Notes under the pieces: generated by a model | The model's input: only the letters and a program-made list of their open reading frames with translations | Told to the model about the DNA's origin: nothing | The model's database searches: none | Part shown: positions 34,531 to 47,400 of the stretch, in pieces | Layout of the letters: each line of letters opens with the position of its first letter | Position numbering within the stretch: position 1 is the stretch's first letter | Translations under genes and position numbers: made by a program | Assembly (NCBI GenBank): GCA_010909165.1 | Contig: MU008153.1 | Location: 932,602 to 996,601, forward strand | DNA length: 64,000 bases | Origin: Anthoceros angustus | Lineage: Eukaryota; Plantae; Anthocerotophyta | Reading direction: 5' to 3'

Positions 34531-37387
34531 GTGAGTGGAAGCAAGAATGAACATCATGGAATAAACTGTGGTATGTGCACCTTCCTTAGCATTCAGTTGC
34601 CCTATTTGCCTGCATGAAGGAAGCCGTTTAGGTTGACGGTGAAGATAATTTATTATAGCAGGCAATGCAATTCTTTGACAGACGAACACGGCTTTTATTC
34701 TTATCATGGCCACACATAGAATCAATGTCCTGAGCGGCCGCGCGCTGAGCTACATCACGGGCTTCCATCGACGGGCGCTCAAAGTGAAGAATAAGCAATC
34801 GCACTCAAGTGACTTGCATGAGTGCAGAGCTTGGGACGAAAGCCGGACTCACATGAGCATTGAGTGGCCAGTCGCTTTCGAGTGATGAGTAGCCGGTGAA
34901 GGTCCTTTTTTTTACGGAAGGAATGCACATAGCGAAGCCATGGAAAGTGGCAATACCGTTCCGGTCCAATTGCAAGTTGAAAAAGCCGCCGTAAATATCG
35001 GCCCTCATGGAAACCAGCCCTAAACCCTGAACCCTTATCATAACTCCAGCACTCTATTTCATCAGTGGTGTTGGCATGAGATATCTGTCTTGGGAAGTGA
35101 CGACATTAATGAAGTACGTAATCCCCACACATGCTCGTTTCACCATTTTGGTCCTCTTAGGGGAAGCACCATTGCAGCTGTGAAGTCCAAGCTTGAAGGC
35201 CTAATAAGAGCGCGGCACACGGACACTAATCATGGCGGATGCTGTGGAACGCAAAAGTTTGGGCAACCAGCCCAAAAGAGCCCGAAGACGAACAAGTTTG
35301 ATTTTTTGGCTAAGCGATTGAAGAGGATCATGCCAGAAAATTTTTGAGAATCTTGAAGCTGAGTTGTAGGATATTGTTAGGAAGGCGAAGAGGATATCCC
35401 AGAAGAAGAAGCGTCGAAACGACCCCGGACGAGCGGGAGGGCGGTCAGAAGGTTGGTGGTGGCGAGACTACGTGGCTGCCACACTCACCGGTGGGAAAGA
35501 AAGCATCGGTGGTGGCGGACTACCGTGGTAGCGATCTCGGCTAAAAGGAAATTAGAATAGGGGATATCCACTATATATGCTCACCAATAGGGAATAAATA
35601 TAGGTAATTAGAAGGTGATTAATTTGAGGCGGATAGGAAGAAAATAGGTAATTTAGATAGAATTGGATTTTGGAATGATGAACCAATCTAGGGTTGGGAA
35701 CTCTCTGGGTGGCGACATCCAAAGAGGGCAAAGTGCAATTTGGCGCCAACTTCCTTCGAACCAACCACTTCGCGACCGGAGCCGGAGTAACCACAAGGAG
35801 AAGGAAGGAAGGAGGAAGAAGTGGTACCGCCGCCATGTGTTGCTGTAGCCATCCACGCCAAGAGGAGCGGTCCATGGCGAAGAGGAAGCCCTAACCAGCG
35901 TGGAGGCGAGAGAGAAACACACCCAGAAGCAACCAAGCAGTGGGAAGTCTTCTCCGTGCTGTGTGGCTCGCCCAAGCCGAAAATTTGGCAGGCGAGGCAA
36001 ACTGAGGAGGCCCCAGTCAGGCTGCCGGCGTGAAGGCGGGAAGTCGGAAGCGGAAGAGCTCCACGGCAATTTCGGCAAAGCCGCCATGCACTGGGAGGAG
36101 AAATCGCGAAGGAGAAATTGCACTGTGGTTCGATTGGCTAACGGTACTTGTGCCTCGGGTTGGGTGTTGCTCCTAGTGACAAGGAAGGAGTGCTTGGAGT
36201 GAAGCTTTGAGCACAACGCTTGGAATTGGTACTTCTCTGAAGTAAGGAAGGTGCCATGCGCCGGAAAGGCAAGGGAAGGAGCCGCCAGGCTCTTCCTCGC
36301 GAGGAGGAAAGGAAGAAGGCGGCCGCGCCGAGAGGTGAGCTTGTAATGCCCCAATTCACTTGCTTTTGGCGGCTCAACCCCGGATTTGGTTGATTTTCGG
36401 TGGGCGAGGAGGAACATCCAATTGGATGGGTGTATGGCCAATGGGCCTACACCAATTTGGAATTGATTGAGGAGTGTTACATCAACCTCCATCAATCGGG
36501 CGCCCTTGCACTAGGAAGGAATGCTCGGATCCGCGTTCTTGGGCATCCGGAAGTGTATGGAAGGCCAGGAGGAAAGCTCGGGTGCTCTCCTCGAAAGGTC
36601 GAATGGAGGGAAGAGGGCGGCCTCCATATGTTCCTTGACATGATGGATGGAGGAGTGAAGGCCCACGCCAAGAATGGCCGGAAGACCGAGAGCATCAAGG
36701 AGGAAGTGGAGGCTCTTCGCAAAGATTGTCTGGGGTTGGTGAATTAACGCACTTCTTACCAACTTCCTCCAATTTTGTGGAAGATTTCCATGGGGAAGCC
36801 GGATTGGGGACTATCATGTATGAGGCCTACATCCACCATCGAGAGCTCCTCAAGCCAAATTCGGTGGATGAGGAAGGGCCAAGGCCACCTACCTTAGCAC
36901 CTATTTGGTGCATTTATGGGAAAGCAGGGACTTCTCACAAGCAAGGAGCTTGAAGATGCATGGCATCCCTTTGAGGTCATCCATCTCCACCGAGGTTGGA
37001 AAGGCCTTTGCCTTTTGCATTGCGGGCGGTGGGAGGTCGGACCTCCACAAACATGCTAGAAGCAAGAGGAGAAGGTCGGAGGCAACAAGGTTGCGGAGTG
37101 GGAATCCTTTCCCCACGAGCAAGGAAGAGAGCAAGGAGGAAGGCCGAATGGTGTCTATGAGAGAAGGACCACGGGAGGGTGGCGGCCAGGGTGGGAGTCC
37201 CCACCATCTCCTTTGTGCCTACGAGAGAGGCACCCCGGGACTACCGGTAGGAGGCGGTCTACCAAGGGGTGGCACCCCACTAGGCGCACCTACCATGGTA
37301 GGTAGGCGGACTACCGTGGTGGCGGACTACAGTGGCGGGCACCCTCGCCAGCAAGCCCTCTGGCGGGGAAGGAAGGAGAAGCGGCAG

Positions 37388-38335
37388 TGCGCCGCCACCA
37401 TCTCCAGCGGTGGGAGGCGGATGGAGCGGTGAAGGGACCGCCCGCGTGGCCGAGTGCGGAGGCTGGAAATTTCCAGCAGAAGCAGGAGGTGGAATTAGGA
37501 CCCCTAGGAGTTCTTTGGGTGAAGCACTCGGAGCGTGGGTTGAAGGCTAGGGACCTAGCAGCCTCCTTGTGGGCATGCCAAGAGGAAGTGAAATCTCAAG
37601 ACATGGCGGAAGAAGGCGGGGACTAAGTGGCAATTGGAAGCCATGGAGTCCGATGGCAGCCAAGTTGGAAAAGGGCATGGAGAAGCTCCAGTAGCGACCT
37701 CATAGAAACAGCGCGAGAGAAACACGGAGGGAAGTTGTCACTGGTGAAGAAAGAGCCATTCGGGCAACAACCCAAAAGGATTCTTGGAGGCAAAAGGCGG
37801 AAGAGCATTTTGCCCAAGAGCAAGAAAGGAAAGCAAGGTGAGGCACTAGGAAGGAGAAGCGGCCACGAGTGCGCCGAAACCATCTCCAGCTGGGTGGGAG
37901 GCGGATGGAGCGGCAGTGAAGGGCCCGCCATTCGTGAGGGAGATTTCCAGGTGAAGCAGGAGGGTGGAATTAGGACCCCTAGGGATTCTTTGGGTGCTTG
38001 TGCACTCAGTGTGGATTTGAAGGCTAGGGACCTAGCAGCCTCCTTGTGGGCATGCCAAGAGGAAGTGAAATCTCAAGACATGGCGGGGAAGGCGGGGACT
38101 AAGTGGCAATTGGAAGCCATGGAGTCGATGAAAAGGCAGCCAAGTTGGAAAAGGTGGAAGCTCAGTAGCGACCTCATAGAAACAGCGCGGAGAAAGCCAC
38201 GGAGGGAAGTTGTCTGGTGAAGAAAGAGCCATTCGGGCAACAACCCAAAAGGATTCTTGGAGGCAAAAGGCGGAAGAGCATTTTGCCCAAGAGCAAGAAG
38301 GAAAGCAAGTGAGGCACTAGGAAGGAGAAGCGGGC
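37388..38335. repeat. ~480-bp tandem duplication inside LTR1, single-copy in LTR2
   Basis: gtgcgccg..accatctccagc...gcactaggaaggagaagcgg occurs twice (37388, ~37870). There is one copy at ~50325-50790. Confidence 0.85.
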
Positions 38336-39956
38336 AACTCGGCAAGTGGCCGCATGAGCGGTGATGGCTACTCAAGCTATCAAAATCCGGGATATGGGAG
38401 AGGAGTTGAGAAGGACCGGTACAATTTGGAAGAGGAGGCCAAGCCTGGGAGGGGCTGGGAGCGAAGAATGCTTGGCAAGCGGAGAAGAGGGGCTTGCTCA
38501 AGAATTAGCGACTGGAACAAAGGAGGTCTCGGGAGGAGGCGCCACAAGAAGGTGGTGCATGATCTTGGTAGTGAGGAAGCGATTTTGGGCTATGCCCTTG
38601 AGCAAAATTGCCCGGCTAAAGGAGGAGGAGAATGTAACCCTCCATGTGAAGGTGGGAGAATTAACCACCGCAAGAGATGCCTACAAGGTAGGTGCGAGGA
38701 TGGAGAGTGGCCCACGAGTTGATGATCTCCAAATGCATTCACAACTTGGGGCTCACCTCCACACAGATCTTGAAGGCCAACAATGAAGTCTTACGGTTGG
38801 CCAAAAGGAGGACATTGGGTCCTCATGATGATGATGGGAAGGGGCAGCAAGTGCGGCGGAGGCCTCCGATTTTGATGAGGCCATCGGTGAAATGGACTCA
38901 GGAATCGAGGAGTCGAGGAGGTGAAGGAGCCATGCGACACGGGATCGGGAGGCAGGCGCGGAGAGGAGGAGGGACAGCCCGCCTCGCGGTCACCCTACCT
39001 CGGTGGGTGACCACCCTAGATGTCTGCCGGACTACGTGGCGACCACACTCGCCCGGTGAGTCGCGGACCGGGGTGCAGCCAGCAGACGCAGGGCTGTTGA
39101 GTTGGGCCCGAGGCGAAGATGAAGCCGGGGTGCGGCAATATACCCCTAGAGAGGGGTGGTGGGAGACAACCCCGAGGAAGGGAGGTCCAGGCCGTCGGAG
39201 GGCAGGAAGGGTGAGGAATCCCTTATCCCACAGTAAGGGAGGAACCGGACCCGAGGAGGAGTCCAACGAAAGGGCCGGAGAGATTAGGGAAGAGGATCCG
39301 CATGGTGGGCGGATGGGGATGAAGGGTGCTCTATGATAGGTATGGACAAATCAAGCAGAGGAAAGGAGCCGGAGATTCCAACCCCAAGAGGCGGCAGATG
39401 GAGAAAGAAGGAAAAGGTGGACTACCATGGTAGGTAGTCACCTACCGATTCTGCGGACTACAGCGGTGATCAGCGATGAGCAGGACCGGTGGGCGGAGAA
39501 AAGGCGCCTGAGGAGCGGGAGGCGCGATTCTTGGGACGGAGGAATCAGGCGCCGCCCGAGATGGAGGAAGGGGCAGATTGTACTTGCCCCACATTAGGAA
39601 GATGACAAAATGGGAAGGGCAAGAGCAAAAGGAGGCGAGGCCAATCCACAGCAGACCACCCCAACCCAGGTGAAGACTGGATGTGGTCAAGGACCATAAA
39701 TGCTAGATAGAAGAATAGAAAGGACAGGTGATGTAACCTGACATCCTTCAAGGATAGACTTAGGTGAAGTTACTAGAATAGAATTTACCAAGGATCAGAC
39801 AATAGACTTAGGTGCCAGACATTAAATGCTGGCGGTAGGAAATAATAGAAAATTGGAAAAGGTGACCTGCAGTAGGGTCACCCAAGGGAGGTTGTATGTG
39901 GAAGGCCTCCTATAAAAGGAGGAGGATTTCACAAAGTAAAGTATCACGTCTTGCGC

Positions 39957-42900
39957 TGATGAGAATCTGTAGCTCTTAGATTAGAAGAAGAAGAAACAAT
40001 GTAAGTGATTAATGAGTAAAGTACAAGCCTTTAAATAGGCTGGGTAGTTGGGTGGTTACAACCATAAGTGGTTGCAACCATAAGTAGTTGCAAGTAAGTT
40101 GTTGTAACCAATATAACTAATATAACTACTAACTACCTAAATAACCCTAGGTAAATAATAATGTTTAAGTTATGAGGCCCTAATGAATAGTGCCCTAATC
40201 TAGACCTATTTCATCACTCCCACTCACTATGAATATAGGGGTGAAGTCTAGCCTTTAAAATGAGGCCTAAATGTTAAATAGGCTCCCACTAAACCTAAAG
40301 TTATCCGCTTAAGAAAAGGTCTTAAAAACTTAAGCATCTAACATATAATCAAGTCATAAATAAGGACTTAATATAGGCATAAAGAAAATGGAAAAACAAA
40401 ATAGACGGGCCACAAAATGGCCTATAAATAAAAGCCAAAACAGATAGGCCCATTTGGGCCTATAAATAAGCAACGGCCCCTCTCGCGCCTGTGAGCGGGT
40501 AGGGGCGGTTCTGGCGTTAGCCGCCGCGCCTTCCGGATTTCTGACGGAGACAAAACCGTCTTCTCCCCGCGCCGGCTCCGCGCACCTCGGGTGCCTCAAT
40601 CCTCGAGATCTGCGCCTCGATCTCGATCGGTGGGCGCCATCCGACCGCGCGCCATCCACTCGCGCCATCCATCGCGCCATCGACCTCGCGCCATCATACC
40701 GGATCCGATGCCGATCCATCACTCCAAAATTTCGCACCGATGATCTGATCCAGCGATCAAATCGCCGTCGCTAACTGTTGCCAAGATCGGTGAGAAAATA
40801 GCGAAAATTTGGCGAGAATCCAGCCGTGCCGTCGCGCATAAGGTGCTCGAATCAAATTTTGAAATATTTGCTGGATTTATATGCTGGAAATAGCTGAAAT
40901 AAATTGCTGAAAATTGCTAAATAAATTGCTGGAGTTTTGATAAATATCTGATTGATTGGAGTGGAGGGTCGTACTCGTGAGGCAGAAACATGGGTCGATA
41001 AAATCAAACAAGCACTTGGCGGAAGGAGGATACTTGCGGAAGAAAGAAAGAAGGAAAACGTGCAGCCCGTGCACCACTTGTACCGGATGAAGTTGTACCG
41101 ACATTATCGGATCTTGGGAGGAACCGGATGACCCAAACTTGATCGAATTTCTTGCAGTGCGTCCTATTGCAAGAGTGATGACATACCGATGAAGAGGATG
41201 ATATCCACGGTGTGCGGGCGCTCATGGAAAAATCCAAGGTCGTTGTGAGAGAAGTCAAAGTTGGTAAGTCAATAAATTGCAAAATAAATTGCATAAAAAT
41301 TTTGAGTGCATAAATGCTAATAAATATGGATGTAGATAATCCGATAAAAGCATCACCAATCGAGGCCGAATATGATGACTTCAAAATGAATGAAGATTCG
41401 GAAGAGTCGAGGACTCTATAAAACCAAGAGACCTCAAGCTATTTGTGAGGGTAGCCCAAGCTGGAGATCACATCCTTGTGTAAATGGCGCATAGAGGATG
41501 TAATAGCAGCAATGAGAAGAGCCAAGGAGTGAGTAGGAAAGATGATACCAAAAACCGTAAACTAAACTAACATTTTCCTAATAATATCTACCTATTTTGC
41601 GGTGTAGATAAGAGTGTGGGCACAAGCCATGTGAGATTTGCCCTACCTCTACGACCTACTCAGAGAGAGCAAGTGCAAAAGGAAAATTCCTAGTTCCTAC
41701 ACCTGAAACTTATGCAAGGCAACCTACTTGGTTCTTCCGGGAGGAAAGGATGACCATGAAGTTCCCATGGAGTATGTATGTGAAAAGAGAGGGATTAAGA
41801 TGGTGTGGTTAAGTGCTTCCCCATGTGAAAAATATGAAGGACACACCAAACACTTGTACAGTAAGTAACCTAACGACTTAAGTACTATCTTTTCATCATT
41901 TTCACTTTATAACCAATGGTGTGTATTGTAGGATCCTTCCGGGTATTAGAAAGAGAGGATAAGCGATGCGGGAGGACTACATAGAGTTAGGAGAGGAAAT
42001 TTCTATGCTAGACAAGATGTGTGGACTATAGAAAATACATTGACACATACTAGCTAGGTGACTTAAACCTCTTGAATACCTAACATTTTCATGTGTCTTA
42101 AATGCAAATCTCTCCCTAATGACTTAGTTAACAAATCAAATGGATTGTTTTGTGTTGGTATATAAGTGATATCTATAGTGTTATCTTCCAACTTCTCTAC
42201 GATATAGTGATACTCAACACTATGTGTTTGGTTGGAATGGAAAAGGTTTCTAGCAAGTGCTATGGCTCGACTATCACTAAAAGAGATGTTGGGTTTCTTG
42301 AGGGTGATTAAGTTCACTCAAAATTAGCCTAGACCATACTATATCCTTGGAAATAGATGTTAGTACTCTATATTGATTGATTAGGCAAATGCAAAGGCTG
42401 TTTCTTACTCGACCATGATATTGGAGCTCCTCCAAGAAGTAAAACATAACGATACGGATTTTTGAGTATCGGGATCACCATAATAAGATCGGCATATGCC
42501 GTAAGTGTTAATGTTTTGATTGCTGGTGTATGCTTAAATGTCACCTGTTTGCATAGTCCCTTTAAGGTATCGAAAAATACGCTTAACGACATCCGTTGAT
42601 GTCGGGGTTCTCCAAAAGCGTGAGTGAACCGACTTCAAAAGAAATATCGTGTCTAGTAAAATTGCTTAAATATGAGTGAAGACGTCGATATGGGACGGAT
42701 GCCATCTCCATTTTCTCTTGAGCACTCTTAGGACTCATATCGAGTAAGCCATGCCACTAGCAAAGGTGTGGGTGCGCTTTGCATCTTCCATTCCAAATTT
42801 TGCTAAACTCTCCTTTATATACTTGGTTTGAACTATGCTCACTTTTTATTACTCCTATCGCGGATAATATTTACACCAAGTGCATAATTCATTTCTCCTG

Positions 42901-43680
42901 TCGGTCATTTCATATAATGTCCGAAGCCATGCTTTTATCTCAGCAAGGAGAATAAGAGAGTTTGTTGCCATAAAGACGTCATCGACGTATAATAGAAGGT
43001 AAAATATATCATTTCCCTTGAGGTAAATATATAAGCAAGCATCGCCTTTACTTTGCTTAAATCCCTTATTCGAGAGTTGTATATGGATGGTCAAGTTCCA
43101 ATTTTTGCCGGATTGCTTGAGTCCATATAGACCCTTGATCAATTTACATACTAAATGCTCCTTGCCTTTACTTCATAACCCTCGGGTTGCTTCATGTATA
43201 TTTCTTCTTTCAAGCGCCCATACAAATATGTCTGTCTTCACATCCATCATATGAAGTTCAAGATCGTCTTGGGCACATATAGCGAAGATCATGCGAAGAG
43301 TGGCAAACTTGGCTACTGAGCATAAGTGGCCCAAGGTATATAGTCTAGTCCGATTTGGGTAAAACCTCTAGCAACTAGGCGTGCTTTATACCTTTCCGGA
43401 TCCATCTCCTTTTCTCTTTATCTTAAATACCCATTTGCTGGTTACTATTTTTCTACCCTTAGGAGGTTCAACTAATTCCCATGTAGAATTACTAATGAGG
43501 GAATTATACTCGAATCTACTGACTTCCTTCCATAGATGTTTGGAGGAGAAGAGAAGGCTTGTTTTAGGGTAAGAGGCTCTTCTAAGTCTCAGTGGCTGCA
43601 TACACAGCTTGATTATAAAGGGACTCGGAGAATTAGAATCGGGAAAAATAGCAAGGTATCCCAAAGGGGTTCTTTCCAAG
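39957..43680 (-). mobile_element. 5'-truncated Ty1/copia element: RT-RNase H, 1.85-kb 3' region, PPT and 260-bp 3' LTR
   Basis: Minus-strand LTR TGATGAAATAGG...ATTCTCATCA (40216-39957), preceded by PPT agtgagtgggag. RT reads WELVEPPKGRKIVTSKWVFKIKR, KGLYGLKQSGKNWN and LLLYVDDVFMA. RNase H reads GAPISWSSKKQ and YIPTQNNPFDLLTKSL. Confidence 0.92.
40960..42050 (+). pseudogene. Decayed spliced gene of unknown function, antisense within the copia 3' region (three short GT-AG introns)
   Basis: Putative introns: 41264-41335 (gtaagtc...tgtag), 41529-41607 (gtgagt...actaac...tgtag) and 41861-41931 (gtaagt..cctaac...tgtag). The frame carries across introns 1 and 2, interrupted by point stops. Confidence 0.55.
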
Positions 43681-44449
43681 GCGAGGAGCCAATCCACCAC
43701 GGACGTCCCTACCCGGTGAAGACTAGATATGGTCAAGGGCCATAAATGCTAGGTAGAAGAATAGGAAGGACGGTGATGTAATCGACATCCATCCTTGAGG
43801 ATAGACTTAGGTGAAGTTGCTAGAATAGGATTTACCAAGCAGACAATAGACTTAGGTGCGGACATTAAATCTTGGCGGTAGGAAATAATAGAATATTGGA
43901 AAAGGTGACTGCGGTGGGGTCACCAAGGGAGGTGTATGTGGAAGGCCTCCTATAAGAGGAGGAGGTTTCCACAAAGTAAAGTATCATGTCTTGCGCTTCC
44001 ACGCTCATCGAGTCCTTTGCCATTGAGGAGGAATTTTCTTCGTGTGAGCCAACGTGTCTGCAGTAGAGAGGAAGTCGCGGTGGTCGAGTGCTTGGTGGAG
44101 GACTTGCTCATTGCAAGTGCTAAGTTGCTCCCCTTGTGAATGGTTCTTTGTGAAATTGCTTTGCTTTGGGTGTGTGGCAAATGCCAGAACTCTCGGCTTG
44201 AGGGTAGACTACGAGGAAAGACTCCTGGAGGTTCTCTGCAGTGTCAAACTCATAGCCGGCCCAAGGAAGAACTTCTTGGTGGAGGCGGACTCAGCAGTTG
44301 CGTAAGGCAGTCGAAACCAAGAAGCCCGAATCGAGGTTAGAATAAGGTCGGAGGTCGAGTGTCCAGAAGCGGGAGAAACCTTGTCGGATAAGATCTCCGG
44401 TTCGACGCATTACTTGACCGCGAATTTGTGGTCGATAGGAGTTGCTTAC

Positions 44450-47400
44450 GTGAGTCCGAGATCCCATAAAATTGTGAAGGAGGCGATCGGAATCCACAGG
44501 CGGTAGGAGGAGAAAGCGGCGAGGCGGAGGTAAATGTGGTCGAACTCATTGATTTGGGGGCACCGAGATTGAGGTTGAGATTGCGGGTGTTTGGTGCCCG
44601 TGCCATTAGATTCGGATCGAGTCAACTTGATGGGAGGAGGCGGCTCATCAACTTCATTCACCGAGTTTCACCGAGTATTTTCACGGATGGCCGACAAGGA
44701 GAAAGCCACTGGGGGTCTTGAAGGGCGTACCCACTATCATTGGGGACTCACCTTCCATCTTACCTACATTGTGATGCGGCCGGTTTGGATCTAGGCTATA
44801 AGGTTTTGATAGGTAGGCCTTGGTTGTATGGTCTGCGTGTGTTTTTGATTTTGGTCGTAGTGGCATCACCTTCAAGTCCGATGAGACGGACTGCGATTGC
44901 TTTTGTGTCATGGAGTAAGGCTCCTTGAGAGTCGCAACCCGATGGGTACACCTCGTAGCACGGGGTAAGCTCCTCGCGTGAGCATATCGGGGTCCTCGGT
45001 CAGTCGCGAAATAAAGAGTGATTTGGTGTATGCTGTTTACATATAGAAATAGAGGAGTCGAGGATGAGGCCCATAGAGAAGGAGTAGCCTTTTGGAAGGG
45101 GCAGCTTATGAGAGACTTTTCCGGAAGAGGGATCCGGAACCGATAGCAGCATCGGAGGAACATATGTAGATCCGAGCGGTAGAAGACCTAGAGTTAGAAC
45201 CTAGCAAGGTAGTCAAGATTTCTAAGTACCTAGGCGGATAGAAAAGATGAGTTTCGTAGGGTCCTTAGAGAATATGTCGATGTGTTTGCCTTCAAGATTC
45301 TTGACATGACAGGATCGGAAGGCGGGAATACATCGAATAGATTTGAAGGAGGCGGCACTCTGAGGATCAAGCAATACAATGAATCCCAAGTATTCCATGG
45401 TTGTTAAGGATCACGACCAATACTTGGGTGGGGTGATTTACGGTGCTCACCGTGAGTGGGTCGCCCCATCGTGATTGTACCAAAGAAGCGCAGGAAAGGT
45501 CGGTGTGTCAAGATTTCGGGAAACTGAAGCAACGAAGAAGGATCATCACCCCTTGCCTTTCATGGACGATGTGTTGGACACGATGGCATGAGATGTGATT
45601 CTTGGATGGTACAATCAATCATTGCGGAAGGAGGATCAGACAAGACAACGTTCACACGGATTGGGGAACTTGCCTATTCAAGCTCCTTCGGTTGTGCAAT
45701 GCCCCGCCACTTTCCGGTGGTGAGCGCGATATTCCGAGATTTTACGGAAGTTCATGGAGGTATTCTGGATGATTTCTGTGTATTTGGGAGAAGGAACTTG
45801 CATTTAGACCATTTGAGGCAATGCTTTCAGAGAAGTCGAACATGAAACTTCATCCGAAAGTGTTATTTTGGCATGACGGAGGGCATTCTATTAGCACATC
45901 GAGTTTCACGAGGATTGCGGGTAGATAAAGAGAAGGTAGCGATGATAGTCGAGATGGACGCACCTACGGTGAGGCGGTGCGAGCTTTTGTAGCTAGTGGG
46001 GTATTACAGGAGGTTCATCAAGGATTTCGCCAAGAAGGCGGCCTTGTTGACACAATTAACCAAAAGGATACACCCTTGAATGGAGACGCCGGCGAGGCTT
46101 TTTGAAGGACGTTGGGCGCCAACTTTACAACCGGATTGGGGAAGCCTTTGTATACGTGGATGTGTCCGCCTATGCTATTGGGACCGTCTTAAGTCGGAAG
46201 ATGAGAAGAAAGCGGATCATCCGATTTTCTATGCGGGTAGACAACTCACGGATCGAAAAGAACTACTCAACCACGGAGCGGGAGGGTCTTGGTATCATTT
46301 ACTCGTAAGAAGTTTAGACACTATCGCTTGCTTGCAAGGTTACGTTCATGTCGACCATTTTGCGTTGAAGTATCTTGTCAACGGTTGTCGGGAAGGATCG
46401 CCGGATGGGTATTACCTGCAAGAGTTTGTTCGACGTAGAAACCGCCGAAGCAACATCGAATCATTTCATTTCTCGAAGGCGGAGGCGACTTGAAGCCACG
46501 GATGATCGATTTCACGAGGAGTTGGTTACCATGACCCAAGTCGAAGGGAAGGAGGTGAGCATGTTGTCGACGGCCTAAGAATTGATGCAAAAGTCTTGTT
46601 GCCGGAGAGGCCAAATGAGCAAGAAGGAGGCGTTGTGCTGACAATCAAATCAGGAGAGGATAGAGGGCGCCGCATGGCGAGGAGGAGGCTGGAATGCTCC
46701 TCAAGGGTGAGCAGTCAGGGGGCTGCAAGTGGAGGCCACACGTTGGCAAAGGGAAGCAAAGCGGACATGAGCTTTTGAGCGAGGAAGCTTGGCGAGGTCA
46801 GCCGGGCGCCATGGAGAGAGGAGAAGCCCCAGGGAGGTGGGTGAGGGCGAGAAGGAGCTTCATGACAAGAAGTGCGGAAGGAGTTGGCGGGCCCTCAAAA
46901 TCATGGAGGTGCAACAAGTCGAGGAGGTCGCCATGGGAGCAGATGGACCCAGGGTTGGGGCGAGCGAAATCAACACATTAATGAAGGAAGAACATGCGAG
47001 ACTACAGTTGAGGCGTGCGGATGGGCGGCGGAGGCGTGGGCGTGGATGGATACACGCCATGGAGCCACTAACGAACGTCCTAGGAGGAGGCGTGGTACAC
47101 ACGGAAGGAGAAGATTAGACCGAGGCGTTCATGCAGGTATTTGTTGGTGAATCGTAAATTCGGAGCATGGAATCATGCGGATGGGTTGTCAAGGAAGGCG
47201 GTCTTTCTCCATAAAGCCGCACCCTCGCGCTAGGAAGGTGTCCACAACTTGGGCGGACGAAAAGATCCCGGTGTCTCGAAGCTAAGGAGGCACTCGTCAC
47301 GGAGGCGTTACATGCGAGAAGAGGCGGTGGACACTATTCGGTCGGTGACCGTTAAGAAGATTTTGAATGCGGGTTTGGTGGGCTCGATGCAAAAGGATGT

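Larger units (their letters stand above)
35243..44345 (+). mobile_element. 5' copy of the giant LTR of a Tat/Athila-like Ty3/gypsy element (interrupted by a copia insertion, 3' end deleted)
   Basis: Similarity to 48320-52640 begins exactly at TGTGGA (35243) and the upstream flank is unrelated. TATA-like cctataaaagg at 39911. Similarity resumes at 43680 after the copia insert and breaks at ~44345. Confidence 0.85.
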
